In this document: one piece after another, positions 9,837 through 21,110 of the stretch
Numbering within the stretch: the first letter of the stretch is position 1
How the letters are laid out: every line of letters starts with the position of its first letter
Assembly: GCA_050952645.1 (NCBI GenBank)
Contig: JBMNLI010000007.1
Coordinates: 32,001-96,000 of the forward strand
Source of the DNA: Bdellovibrionota bacterium
GTDB lineage: Bacteria > Bdellovibrionota_C > UBA2361 > CAKMMH01
Reading direction: 5' to 3'
DNA length: 64,000 nt
Notes under the pieces: generated by a model
The model's database searches: none
The model's input: the letters and a program-made list of their open reading frames with translations, nothing else
What the model was told of the DNA's origin: nothing
Made by a program: the position numbers and the translations under genes

Positions 9837-10517
9837 CTAGTTCAGTTTAAGTACAGCGATATATTCTTTATTTTTCCAATCCCACCAAAACACCCAAATT
9901 TCCTCTTGTGCATAAAACCCCTGCTTTGACATGTCTGAGCAGTATAGTTCTACATTTATGAACGTTACGCCATTTTCGAATTTGTATTCTTCTAATGGTC
10001 CTTTCTTAAAGAGTGTGCAAGCGTCGATATTATACAACACGTTTTTCGTTTTAGCAGAAGCTAATGCTTCAAAGGTATCCATTCCAACTGTTAGTGGCTT
10101 TTTGTTCTTATTTATCCATATAAGAGTATAAGTATTTGAAGGAGTTTTTTCATCATTAAGTAAAAATCGATTAATAAAATGACCAAAAACTCCATCTTCA
10201 GAATCAAGCCAAACTCTCAACCGATCGGCGTTATTTTCCATTCTTTCAGGCTTTGTTCCATCTTTAAACCAATAGCCATCTTTTTTAACTGCTTTGATGA
10301 TTTCAGCGAACTTGCCACTAATAGGTTCGTCTGTATTTTGAGAAACGTTTTCTCGGGTAGCGTCGAGTTCTCCGTCAGTATTTTGTGTCTGTATTGCAGG
10401 TTGCTGAGCTTCTGTAGGCATGGCGTTTTCATTGTTTCCTTTGCAACCAACGACAAAGAAAGCAAGGCAAATGACCAAAATAACCGATACAAACAAATTA
10501 GTGTTAAACTTTTTCAT
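9837..10517 (-). CDS. Lipoprotein of unknown function, paralog 2
   Basis: MKKF..FVVGC lipobox; similar to 8692-9444. Confidence 0.85.
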   Translation of the reverse strand: MKKFNTNLFVSVILVICLAFFVVGCKGNNENAMPTEAQQPAIQTQNTDGELDATRENVSQNTDEPISGKFAEIIKAVKKDGYWFKDGTKPERMENNADRLRVWLDSEDGVFGHFINRFLLNDEKTPSNTYTLIWINKNKKPLTVGMDTFEALASAKTKNVLYNIDACTLFKKGPLEEYKFENGVTFINVELYCSDMSKQGFYAQEEIWVFWWDWKNKEYIAVLKLN

Positions 10518-10695
10518 TTTTGTTTCCTTTAAAAATTCAACCTTGTTGATGTAAAACCCTTTTTAGAGTATACGTTGTTATATACAAAAACGTTTATAAA
10601 ACGTCTTATGTCAAAAATAAATACCCTAAATCCCTTAAGATAAAGTTTATGAAATCTAATAAAGTTAGAAACTTATAAACTCACAGACTACTAAT

Positions 10696-10724
10696 ATTTT
10701 CTCAAAATAGCAATTTTTAGTCAA
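10696..10724 (-). promoter_or_regulatory. Putative sigma70 promoter of paralog 2
   Basis: TTGACT-N17-GAAAAT. Confidence 0.55.
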
Positions 10725-10916
10725 TTATGTTTTGAAATAGTTAAAGGAAACCTCTAACTTTAATTAGAGTTGTAATAGCTAGGCAAACTAATTATTATAA
10801 GCTAAATCATAGAGTTAGCCTAATAATATTAAAGAGCTACATTGTTAAGCATCTTTATAAATGTTATTATTTTTCTGTTTAAAAAGAAATTTAATAGCAT
10901 TTAATAGGTTTATAGT

Positions 10917-12113
10917 ATGCCAAAATACGATTTAATAATTATAGGTGGTGGGAGTGCTGGGCTAGGAGTTGCAAAAGCTGCAAGCACGGAAAATAATAAA
11001 AAAATCCTACTTATAGATAAAGATAAATTATCATCAAAAACATCGAACGCAAGCTTAAGAATTATCCACGGCGGGCTTAGATACCTTCAAAATTTAGATA
11101 TTATTAGAGTATGCGAATCTCTTCACGCACAAGATAATCTCCTAAAAAAATATAATGATCATATAGAAAGATTACTATGCGTAATGCCTCTTAATAAATT
11201 CGGACTTAAAAGTAAATACCCGATGATATGCGGTAGCATTTTATATAATATAATTTCATTTTTAATTACAGGAAAATCTAACGGCGCATACGTCGGAAAA
11301 ATTAAAAATTATAAAAATGATATAGATATTATAAAAAATAAAAATACATACGCACTTTTTTGGCACGATGCATTACTAAAATCACCACTCTCATTTGCTG
11401 AAACCATAAAAGACGAACTTATTAAAAATAATGTAGAAATATTAGAAAATGAAAAAGTTTTAAGTATAAAAAAAGATAAACAAGATTTTATAGTAGAGAC
11501 TATAAATAACGAAACTATAAATAATAAAACTAGAAATAATAAAACAGGAAATAACGAAGCTAGAAATAATAAAACTAAAAATAATGAAACTAGCGATACC
11601 CAAGAATTTAGTGCAAAATACGTAGTTAATACTACCGGCCCTTGGCTAGAAGAGATAAAAACTAGCGATAATTTAAAAATATATAATAAAAATTATAAAT
11701 GGTGTAAAGCTTTTAATATTATACTAAACAAGAAAGCTAATTTTAAAGAAGCAGTTGGAGTGTTCGGCGAAGATAATAGAGCATTCTTTATAGTGCCTCG
11801 TGATGGCTTTATTTGCGTTGGCACTTGGTACGTGCCATTTAGTGGAGATTTAGAAAATATCGCCCCTTCAAAAGATGAGGTTCAAGCATTTATGTCTTCT
11901 TTTAATAAGGTTGATTTAAATGTAAAGATAACTCTAGATAATATAAAAGAATTAGAAGCTGGGATACTCCCTATGAAAAAAGTCGGAAAAGCAGGACCGG
12001 TTTTATATGGATTAGAAAAAATAAGCATAAACGATAACTACGTAAGAGTATTAAGCACAAAATACACGACATTTTTATCGCAAGGAAAAAAGGTTAAGAA
12101 GTTGATTAAGTAA
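10917..12113 (+). CDS. FAD-dependent oxidoreductase, glycerol-3-phosphate dehydrogenase (GlpD)-like
   Basis: IIGGGSAG, TSNASLRIIHGGLRYL, VVNTTGPW, KYTT; lacks the GlpD C-terminal domain. Confidence 0.8.
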   Translation: MPKYDLIIIGGGSAGLGVAKAASTENNKKILLIDKDKLSSKTSNASLRIIHGGLRYLQNLDIIRVCESLHAQDNLLKKYNDHIERLLCVMPLNKFGLKSKYPMICGSILYNIISFLITGKSNGAYVGKIKNYKNDIDIIKNKNTYALFWHDALLKSPLSFAETIKDELIKNNVEILENEKVLSIKKDKQDFIVETINNETINNKTRNNKTGNNEARNNKTKNNETSDTQEFSAKYVVNTTGPWLEEIKTSDNLKIYNKNYKWCKAFNIILNKKANFKEAVGVFGEDNRAFFIVPRDGFICVGTWYVPFSGDLENIAPSKDEVQAFMSSFNKVDLNVKITLDNIKELEAGILPMKKVGKAGPVLYGLEKISINDNYVRVLSTKYTTFLSQGKKVKKLIK

Positions 12114-12276
12114 GAGGTTTGCACGTTTAGGTTTGCACGTTTTAAAGCGAGAAAAAAAATTAAAGCGAGAAAAAATTAAAGTAAGAAAAAAAATTTGCGA
12201 ATTTTAACTTAAAAAAATCGTGCAATATATATTTTTTTTTAAATGCTAAATAGCTTTTTATATTTTAGAATATTTT

Positions 12277-15200
12277 ATGAAAAATTTTTTTAAAAATAAT
12301 AAGATACTTATTTTTATATTATTATTTGCAGCAACGCTAAGGTTCTTAAATTTAGGCTTCCAAATAGGAAGCCACCCCGATGAGCGTGGGATAGTGATGA
12401 TTTCACTAAACACGGCTACAAATAATTATAATCCTCAAAACTTTCACTATGGACATTTCGTTTATTACTTGCTTTTTTTCTCATCACAATTTTTTAAATA
12501 CTTAAGCGGCACTTTCCCTAAAATAGAAATTTTTAAATTTTTATCATCTTACGACGGTGCATTTTATATAGGTAGAAGCTACGCCGTAGTGCTAAGTTTA
12601 ATTACAATTTTTTTTACATACTTATTAAGTTATAGATTGTTTAATAAAAAAATAGCACTATATTCTTCATTTTTTTTAGCGACTAATCCCTTTTTTATTT
12701 CTCTTTCTAGATATTATACGACAGATATATTCGTCGTATGCTTTATGGTAATGAGCGCTTACTACGCCTTAAAAGCATACGAGTTAAGTTCATACAAAAA
12801 TTATTTACTAAGCGTTTTCTTAGCATCTTTAGGCTTTACTAGTAAAATAAGCATAGCTATGCTTGTTTTCCCTTTAACGTATATTTTTATCTTGTTTTTA
12901 CTTAAGAACAAAAACTACAAATCTTTTAAATTCTATTTTCAATACGTTTTAGTTCCAATAGCACTAAGTCTTTTAACGATTTTTATTTTTGAGCCGTTTT
13001 TATTTTTAGATTTTAGTTCGTTTATAAAAGACAACAAGTTGCAACTAGATATGATTAAGGGAAAATATATGCCTCCTTACACGAGACAATATCTTGAAAC
13101 TAGCAGGGTTTTATACCATCTAGAGCAGATGCTTTTTTATACTATTAGACCAGTAGGCTTTATACTTATGATTTTAGGATTTTATTCTTTGTATGGTAAA
13201 TGTAGCAAATGCACTAAATATACTAAAAAAGAAAATTTTAAATTAGCAAAAATATTTTTATTCTTACTTGTAGTTCCCGCATTTTTAATTACTAGCACTT
13301 ATTTTGTAAAGTTTCCAAGATATTTACTAAGCATTTATCCATACCTTATGATTTTCGTAGCGTTAGGAGTAGTTTTCTTTAAAAATTATAAAGAAAAAGT
13401 GGTTGGAATTTTTGCTATAATTGTTTCAATTATTCTTGCGCTAGATAGCATTTCAATATATTTTAAAGAGCATTCATACGTTGTAGCTTCAAGATGGATT
13501 TATGAAAATGTGCCAAAATTTTCTACTATCGCAAATCCTCATTGGGATGATGTTTTGCCGCTTCATCTTCCTAATATTTCAGCAAGCGATTTTAAATATA
13601 ATTATCACACTAGAGAACAAGAGTTAGCTCTTTATGAAGAAAGCACTGATAGCAACTTAGAAAAATTTGCAAACACTCTATTAAATGCTGATTATATAAC
13701 GTTTCCTGCTGATAGAATGTTTCGTGGTATTTTAGATAAGTTTTCACAAAATAGAGAGTATTCAATAAAAATATTAAGTAGCCTATTTGATGGTTCTCTA
13801 GGTTTTGAAAAAGTCTACGTTTATAAATCGCTCTCTTTGTTATCGACGCTTGGAGTTTATAGCGATGATTTAGCTGACGAGAGTTTAACTGGATATTCAA
13901 ATCCTAAAACGTATATTTTTAAAAAAGTAAAGCAATTAAACTTAGATGAGTTAAAAGATACGATAAAAACGCCGAATAATAAAAAGATATTAGATAAAGT
14001 TTTAAAAGAGAAAAACTTTGATATCAATTCTCTCGTTGTAGATTTATCTACGCCTAGAAAATCTTCTACATTTTTTACTTCTATTTATTACATAATTTTT
14101 TGGCTTATCGCCGTCGACTTGATGTCGATGTATATATTGCCATTCTTATTTATAGTTTGTAAAAATTTTCGAGATAAAGGCTACGGAATATTTAGAGTTT
14201 TAGGCTTGGTAGTTTTTGCATTCGTAGTTTGGATATTAGCTATCGTATTTGGCTTTAAAATTACGAGATTTAATCTATTCGTCGTTTTACTTTCTCTTTA
14301 CGTAGTTTCATATTGGTTTGCAAAAATAAAAAATATAAAAATTTTAGATATTAAAGAAGCGTTCTTAAAAAATATACTAAAAATAGAAGTGTTTTATTTA
14401 TCTATATTTTTAATTTTTGCAATTTTTAAATTTCTTTCTCCTGAAATTGTGTGGGGCGAAAAAACTATGGACTTAGGTTTCTTAAATTATTTTATAAGAT
14501 TAGAAACTCTTCCTTGCGGCGACCCTTGGTCTGTCGGCAGTAAGTTATCTTATTATTTCTTTGGATATTTTACGTTTAGTCTAATACATAAATTATTCTT
14601 AATTCCTTCAGAATACGGCTTTAATTTATCGCTTATCTTATCGGCTTCAATGCTTGCAACATCGCTTCTTACATTGTTTTACTACTTTAAAAAATCGATT
14701 AATTTTTCAATCTTTGCATCAGCTAGCGTTTTGCTTCTTTCAAATCTTGAAATGTTTTATATATACTTTTTTGATAAAACTAAAGTGTGGCAATTAAACT
14801 TTGATTTATATTGGAAAGCCGCTAGAGTTCATGAAAAATATTCGCATGCTATAAGTGAGTTCCCTTTCTGGTCTTTTATTTTTTCCGACCTTCATCCACA
14901 CGTAATGGCGATGCCAATTTTTATTTGTATGCTTATATGCTTTGCTTATATCTACAAAGAAGAAAAATATAATAAATTATTTTTTATACTTTTTCCTATA
15001 ACTGCAGTAGTTTTATGTATGACAAATACTTGGGATGTAGTGTCTATTTCTTTTCTTGCAACCGTTTTTACGCTACTTTTAATATTTTTTAAATGTAGAA
15101 AATCTCTCTATGTAATAAAAACTTTTTTTATTTTAAGCATAATTTCATTAGTCTTCTTTTGCCCATTTTATCTTTATCATTTATCGGCTTCGGATAATAG

Positions 15201-16245
15201 TATAAATTGGGTTCAAGCTTCCGAGTTTCATAGAGCGTTTCACGTCTTTAGACATTTTGGCGTTTGGCTTTTTCTAATATTTTTAAGCTTTTTAGTAAAT
15301 ATTAAAAGCCTTCTTAAAAAAACTAGCCTACTAAAAATCTTCTTATATTTAGTAGCATCGAGCGTGCCTTTTATTTTCGCTAGCTTTTCGCCTTTTGAAA
15401 ACATTTCTTTAGGTATTCAAGCGATAAGTGCATCGTTAATTTTTATTGGGTTAATAAGTCTAGGTGATGATAATTTTTTAAGAAGTGTTTTTATCGTTAC
15501 CTTTGCTATCTTACTGTCTTTTACTGAGCTTTGTTATATTGCAGATAGACCTAACACGATATTTAAGTTTTATTTAGGGATGTGGTTTTTAATAGGAGTT
15601 GCTAGTCTTTTATCGTTAGAAGATATTTTAAAATATAAAATATCAATATTTTTGTGTTCAGTATTATTTTTTATAAGTTTAGCAAGCTCGTGCGTTATAT
15701 ATTATATAATGGCAAAACATACCCATGTAGGAACTGAAAAAGTAATAGGAACGTTAAATGGGACGGAGTTTTTAAAATCACGCTACCAAGACAGGCTAAA
15801 CGTTGTTTCTTATATAAATTCTCATATATTTAAAACTCCAGTTTTAATGGAGGCTTATGGGAAACCTTATATGCCAAACACCACTTTGCCGTACCAAAAA
15901 TACACTGGGCTTCCTATCGTTCAAGGATGGGCTCATCACACTTTTCAGCGTGGCACTAGTAGAGAAAGCATAGCGGAGAAAAAAAGAGATATAGATAGCT
16001 TCTATTTAACTTTAAATAAAAATGAGATTAAAAGAATAATAGATAAGTATAATATCTCTTTAGTAGTAGTAGGAGAAAAAGAACGAGAAAAATATCCGCT
16101 TCTTTCTAATGATGCTAGTAATAAATTTAAGCTATATAATGATATTTTTATTAGTTTATATTCCTCTAATGGTGAAGCGGTGTATTTAGTTCATAAGAAC
16201 AGGGCAGATTTTAAAAATTCGGTAGATTTTTTTGTTGGATATTAA
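12277..16245 (+). CDS. GT-C membrane glycosyltransferase: PMT/ArnT-like domain fused to DUF2298 (Chlor_Arch_YYY)
   Basis: HPDE in first loop and many TM helices; then GEKTMD..DPW..LSYYFFG, EFPFWSF..DLHPH, NTWD, GWAHH. Confidence 0.8.
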   Translation: MKNFFKNNKILIFILLFAATLRFLNLGFQIGSHPDERGIVMISLNTATNNYNPQNFHYGHFVYYLLFFSSQFFKYLSGTFPKIEIFKFLSSYDGAFYIGRSYAVVLSLITIFFTYLLSYRLFNKKIALYSSFFLATNPFFISLSRYYTTDIFVVCFMVMSAYYALKAYELSSYKNYLLSVFLASLGFTSKISIAMLVFPLTYIFILFLLKNKNYKSFKFYFQYVLVPIALSLLTIFIFEPFLFLDFSSFIKDNKLQLDMIKGKYMPPYTRQYLETSRVLYHLEQMLFYTIRPVGFILMILGFYSLYGKCSKCTKYTKKENFKLAKIFLFLLVVPAFLITSTYFVKFPRYLLSIYPYLMIFVALGVVFFKNYKEKVVGIFAIIVSIILALDSISIYFKEHSYVVASRWIYENVPKFSTIANPHWDDVLPLHLPNISASDFKYNYHTREQELALYEESTDSNLEKFANTLLNADYITFPADRMFRGILDKFSQNREYSIKILSSLFDGSLGFEKVYVYKSLSLLSTLGVYSDDLADESLTGYSNPKTYIFKKVKQLNLDELKDTIKTPNNKKILDKVLKEKNFDINSLVVDLSTPRKSSTFFTSIYYIIFWLIAVDLMSMYILPFLFIVCKNFRDKGYGIFRVLGLVVFAFVVWILAIVFGFKITRFNLFVVLLSLYVVSYWFAKIKNIKILDIKEAFLKNILKIEVFYLSIFLIFAIFKFLSPEIVWGEKTMDLGFLNYFIRLETLPCGDPWSVGSKLSYYFFGYFTFSLIHKLFLIPSEYGFNLSLILSASMLATSLLTLFYYFKKSINFSIFASASVLLLSNLEMFYIYFFDKTKVWQLNFDLYWKAARVHEKYSHAISEFPFWSFIFSDLHPHVMAMPIFICMLICFAYIYKEEKYNKLFFILFPITAVVLCMTNTWDVVSISFLATVFTLLLIFFKCRKSLYVIKTFFILSIISLVFFCPFYLYHLSASDNSINWVQASEFHRAFHVFRHFGVWLFLIFLSFLVNIKSLLKKTSLLKIFLYLVASSVPFIFASFSPFENISLGIQAISASLIFIGLISLGDDNFLRSVFIVTFAILLSFTELCYIADRPNTIFKFYLGMWFLIGVASLLSLEDILKYKISIFLCSVLFFISLASSCVIYYIMAKHTHVGTEKVIGTLNGTEFLKSRYQDRLNVVSYINSHIFKTPVLMEAYGKPYMPNTTLPYQKYTGLPIVQGWAHHTFQRGTSRESIAEKKRDIDSFYLTLNKNEIKRIIDKYNISLVVVGEKEREKYPLLSNDASNKFKLYNDIFISLYSSNGEAVYLVHKNRADFKNSVDFFVGY

Positions 16246-16365
16246 AATCGTTTTAAAAAAAAATTAAAGTTTTAATACTAAAATTTAAAAGCTAAAAATT
16301 TTTACAAGCTAAAATTTTAAAACAAAAATAGTATAAAAAATTTATTATAACAAAAGGAAGCTTAA

Positions 16366-18576
16366 ATGATATTACTATTATTTATATGTCTTTTAATGTT
16401 CGTGTTTTTATTCTTTTCAATTCCAGTTATAGAAGCGTCTTGTATATGTTATATAGCGATGGTTATTTTCTATTTTATTTTAGGGAAAATGGGAGTAGCA
16501 AGCAGTGCATCTATTATTATATCGTTTCTTCTTACATTGCTTTTATTGATATCTTTAAAAAAATTACAATCTGATAAAATTACTAAGGAAAATTTAGATA
16601 AAAAAAAATTTAATATAAATTTTAATATTAAAGAGTTAAATTATATTTTAGCGTTTGCTTTTCTTTATACTTGTTTTTATATTTTAAATTTATCTTGGGG
16701 AGATTTTATATCTATAGGAGAAAGGCTAAGGGATTATTCAATTTTAGCAAGCGTAATACATTCACCTATCGATGTAAAGGAGCCTTGGTTTTCGGGATTA
16801 ACTTTAAATTACTACGCTTTCTGGTATCGGGCAGGGGCTCTTGTAAGTTATGTGTTTAATTATGAAGTTTTTGAGACGTACCATATTTTATCTACGCTTA
16901 ACACGACTTTTTTCGTAATGCTAGTTTTCGTCATATTAAATAAGTATTTAAGTTTTTCTTTTTTTCGATCTGTGCTTCTTACTTTTTTAGTATTCCCAGG
17001 GAGTAATATTAACGGTATAAAATTCTTTTTTTCAGCCGATACTAATTGGTGGGGACCATCTAGAGTTATTAAAGGTGCCATTACGGAGTTTCCAGCTTGG
17101 TCATTCGTATTAGGAGATATCCATCCTCATTTTTTAAACTTATTATTTTTTCCTTTAATTGTTTTACTTTTACTTTCTTTTACATTTTCTAAACAAGATT
17201 TAAGGCAGGATTTAGAGCAAGATTCAAATCAAAACAAGATAAATAATATTTTATTATTTATATCTTTTTTTATTTATTCCAACTCTTTTCTCATATAATG
17301 CTAATGTTTGGGATGTTCCAATTTACTTATTACTGTTTTTTGGACTTTTAACCTTTTTATATATTTTAATTTCTTGTTATAAAAAAAGTTTTACATCTTT
17401 TAATAGCAAATTAAAAAAATAAGATAAATTTAAATCAATGTTTTTTAGCATTGATTATTTTTATTTTAATAGTTTCATTATATTTATCTTCTAGAAATAT
17501 TACTTCCGTTGGTGCGTCTTTAAAGTTTGTAAAAGGAGAGGTTGAAAGAACGACGCTTTATGAATTTATAGACGCTTTTGGAATGCAGTTTTTCTTAATT
17601 TTTGTAGGACTATTTTTACTTATAAAAAATAGGTGTGCAAAAGTTTTGCTTTCTATATTACTAGTAGGAGCGATACTGTTTTGTAAAGTAGCGCTTTTCC
17701 CGATAGTTATTTTGCTATGTTTTAATATATATAGAATACATGAAGATGTAAAAAGCAGTGATGATTATTTAAAAGATAATAAAAAGCTAGTGTTTGAAAC
17801 ATTAGGCGTAGTTTCTTTGCTTCTATGGGCAATTCCTGAAATTGTATATCTTCAAGATGGCTATGGTGTTTTACATGCTAGAATGAATACTATTTTTAAA
17901 ATTTATAGTGCTAATTGGGCTATTAGTTTTTTATTTGTTTTTTATTTAATAAGACGTGTTTTAGAAAAATATAAAGAAAGTAATAAAGAAAATTATAATG
18001 ATAATGAAAATTATAATAGTAAAAATAAGCAAGTCGTTTTAACTTTTAATATATTATTTTCTTTTATTTCGCTTATATCTGTGCTTTGTTTTTTTAAATT
18101 AATCGACTTAAGAAAAACGGATTATAAGGCTAGTTTTAAGGAAAGAAGTGCTGGGCTTATAGAGTTAAATAAGATAGATGGCGGTAAGTTTAGCGGAGTT
18201 AAAAACACGATAGAAGATTTAAGGACTAGAGAAAGGGGTGTGGTTTTAGAAGCGACTAATGGAGCTTATAATTACGCTTCTCACGTAGGAACGCTTTCAG
18301 GCAATACGTCATATTTAGGCTGGATAAACCATGTGGGGTTATTATATAAAAATCATGATGATATAAATATTAGAAAGCAGAATATAGATGATTTTTATAC
18401 GAAAATGAGTTGCTCTGAGAGGAAAACGGTTTATGAAAGATAATAATATATCTTACGTAGTTCTTGGGCCTTTAGAAAAGGAAGAATATAAGGATAGAAT
18501 AAATAATGATTTTTATTGTTTGAAAAATATTATACAATACGGAAAGTATAGTATTTTTATGCCCTTTACTTTTTAG
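16366..18576 (+). pseudogene. Second DUF2298 protein, broken by at least 3 frameshifts (pseudogene or assembly error)
   Basis: GERLRD..EPW..LNYY and EFPAWSF..DIHPH in 16366-17298; NVWD out of frame at ~17305; 17451-18443 continues; shifted tail YVVLGPLEKEEY ends TAG 18576. Confidence 0.75.
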
Positions 18577-18717
18577 TGGAGATTTTCTTTTACGTCCTTT
18601 GCTTTTATGAGGGGGGTGGCTTAAAAGAAAATCGACACGAGCGAAGCTCTAGGGGCGATTTTCTTTTAAGGCCTATGCGTAATCGATGATAAGTGTGGGA
18701 ACTAAAAGTAAAGGGCT
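18561..18717 (+). repeat. Nested inverted-repeat element related to the hairpin family
   Basis: Outer GCCCTTTACTTTT/AAAAGTAAAGGGC; inner CTTAAAAGAAAATCG/CGATTTTCTTTTAAG enclosing GAGCGAAGCTC. Confidence 0.65.
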
Positions 18718-18798
18718 GTAATTTTTATGTCCTTTACTTTTTAAGCATAAAGAAGCTTGTTTTTGTAAAGCAATAATTTTATAAAGGAATAATATTTA

Positions 18799-19770
18799 AT
18801 GGATAATCTTTATTTAGAAAAGCGCAAAGCTTCTCTGCAAAGTATTTCAGTAGTAGTTCCGTGTTATAATGAAGAAGAGGTAATTACAGAAACTTATAAG
18901 CGGTTAAAGGCAGTATTAAATAAGGTCGGTATTCCTTATGAGATTATTTTTGTAGATGATGGAAGTAAGGACAATACTTGGGGGTTATTATCAGAGCTTT
19001 CAGATAATGATAAATGTGTAAAAGCTATAAAACTTGCTAGAAATCATGGACATCAATTTGCACTTACTTGCGGGCTTGATCAGAGCAAAGGAGAGGTGGT
19101 GCTTATAATCGATGCCGATTTACAAGACCCTCCCGAGCTTTTAGAAGAAATGCTTGAAAAATGGAAGGAAGGCTACTACGTAATTTACGGCAAGAGGATA
19201 GCGAGAGATGGCGAGAGTCGCTCGAAGAGATTTTTTGCTTTTAGTTTTTATAGAATTATTTCAAAAATTTCAAAAATAGAAATTCCAAGAGATACTGGAG
19301 ATTTTAGGCTAGTCGATAGAAAGGCTTTAGATGTTTTGCTTAAGATGCGTGAACCGCAAAGATTTATTAGAGGCATGGTAGCTTGGATAGGTTTTCCGCA
19401 AACGCCTATTTTATACCATAGACAGGAACGCTTCGCAGGAAGCACTAAGTATCCTTTTAAGAAAAGTTTGCTTTTAGCCTTCGATGCTATTACATCTTTT
19501 TCATACGTGCCGTTAAGGCTTACTACTTATTTAGGAATGTTTTTCTCGTTCTTTTCATTTATATATTTTATAGTAGTAATAGTATTAAAATTTAAGGGGG
19601 TAAACTTTTCAGGATACACTTCTTTAATGGGAGCGATTTTAATGCTCGGTGGCATTCAACTTATAATGCTAGGAATTATAGGAGAGTATGTAGGAAGAAT
19701 TTTTCAGCAGGGGCAAAAAAGACCGTTATATATAATTCAAGATATAAAAGGAGAACCGTTTGAAAAATAG
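18799..19770 (+). CDS. GT2 polyprenyl-phosphate glycosyltransferase (GtrB/ArnC-like)
   Basis: [28 protein letters not shown], two C-terminal TM helices. Confidence 0.92.
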   Translation: MDNLYLEKRKASLQSISVVVPCYNEEEVITETYKRLKAVLNKVGIPYEIIFVDDGSKDNTWGLLSELSDNDKCVKAIKLARNHGHQFALTCGLDQSKGEVVLIIDADLQDPPELLEEMLEKWKEGYYVIYGKRIARDGESRSKRFFAFSFYRIISKISKIEIPRDTGDFRLVDRKALDVLLKMREPQRFIRGMVAWIGFPQTPILYHRQERFAGSTKYPFKKSLLLAFDAITSFSYVPLRLTTYLGMFFSFFSFIYFIVVIVLKFKGVNFSGYTSLMGAILMLGGIQLIMLGIIGEYVGRIFQQGQKRPLYIIQDIKGEPFEK

Positions 19771-21066
19771 CAAAGAAAGAGTAGCTATCGTAGGAGCTGG
19801 ATTTGCAGGACTTGCTTGTGCATTCGATTTAGCAAAAAATGGGTTTGATGTTACTGTATTTGAAAAAGAAAGCGAAGCTGGAGGGCTAGCAGGAAGTTTT
19901 ACTTTAAAAAACGGCACATCCGTTGAAAAGTTTTATCACCATTTATTTACTACCGATAAAGATATTTATGATTTTCTAGAAGAGTTAGGTTTAAAGTCGA
20001 AATTAAGAGCGTATGAAAGTAAAACTGGAATATATTGCGATGATAAAATTTATTCACTTTCATCGCCTTTAGATTTATTAAAGTTTAAGCCGTTAAAATT
20101 TTAGAAAGAATAAAAATGGGATTAGGAGTGCTAAAAGCAAAGGCTATAAGAAGCTATCTTCGTTTAGAAGATATGTTTGCAACTACTTGGCTAAAAGATA
20201 ATTGTGGAAAAGAAGCTTATAAGAAAGTTTGGCTTCCACTATTAAAGGGCAAGTTTGGTGATTGCTACGAGGAGATTTCTGCCGTTTGGATATGGAATAA
20301 ATTTAAGTTAAGAGGCGGTAGTAGGAATAATGGAGGACACGAAGTTTTAGTGTATTTTGAAAATGGATTTAAGGAAATAATTAGTAAAATATGTAGCAAG
20401 CTTGAAGCACTCGGAGTTAAGTTTTTATTTGATAGTCCCGTAGATAAGGTAGAAAAAGAGGGCGATGAGTTTTTAGTTTATTCTAATGGGAGTGTGTATA
20501 ATTTTAAAAAACTTTCGTTTACTACATCTCCTAAAGATTTTGTAGATGTAGTAAAATTTTTGCCTACCGATTATAAAAACTCTTTAATGCGTATTAGGCA
20601 TTTAGCAAATATTTGTTTAGTTTTAGTTTTAGATAAAAAATTTTCAGATATTTATTGGCTAAATGTAGCAGATGAGAATTTTCCTTTCGTAGGGATAATA
20701 GAGCATACTAATTTTCATAGTAGTGAGCATTACGGTGGAAAGCATATATTATATTTATCAAAGTATTTAAAAGAATACGATGTGCTTTACTCTTATTCAA
20801 AAGAAGAGCTAGTAGACTATAGTTTAAAGTTTCTACAAAAAATAAATCCAGATTTTAAAAAGGATAGCATAGAAGAAGCGTATCTGTTTAAGTCTAAGTG
20901 TAGCCAACCAATTATTGAAAAGGAGTATTCTAAATTATTATTTAGCATGAAAACTAAGGTTGATAATTTGTTTTTTACCTCGATGGCGCAAATTTATCCT
21001 CAAGATAGGGGGACTAATTTTGCGGTTAAGTATGGAAGAATGTTAGCTAAGGAAATGTTAGGATAG
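19760..21066 (+). CDS. FAD-dependent oxidoreductase (PPO/amine-oxidase fold), split by a 1-nt frameshift near 20100
   Basis: [20 protein letters not shown] in 19760-20104; adding one T at 20099-20102 joins it to 20116-21066 (IYPQDRG). Confidence 0.8.
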
Positions 21067-21110
21067 TTTTAGCTAAAATTAACTTAAAGGATAAAAGGAA
21101 AGTTTATTAA

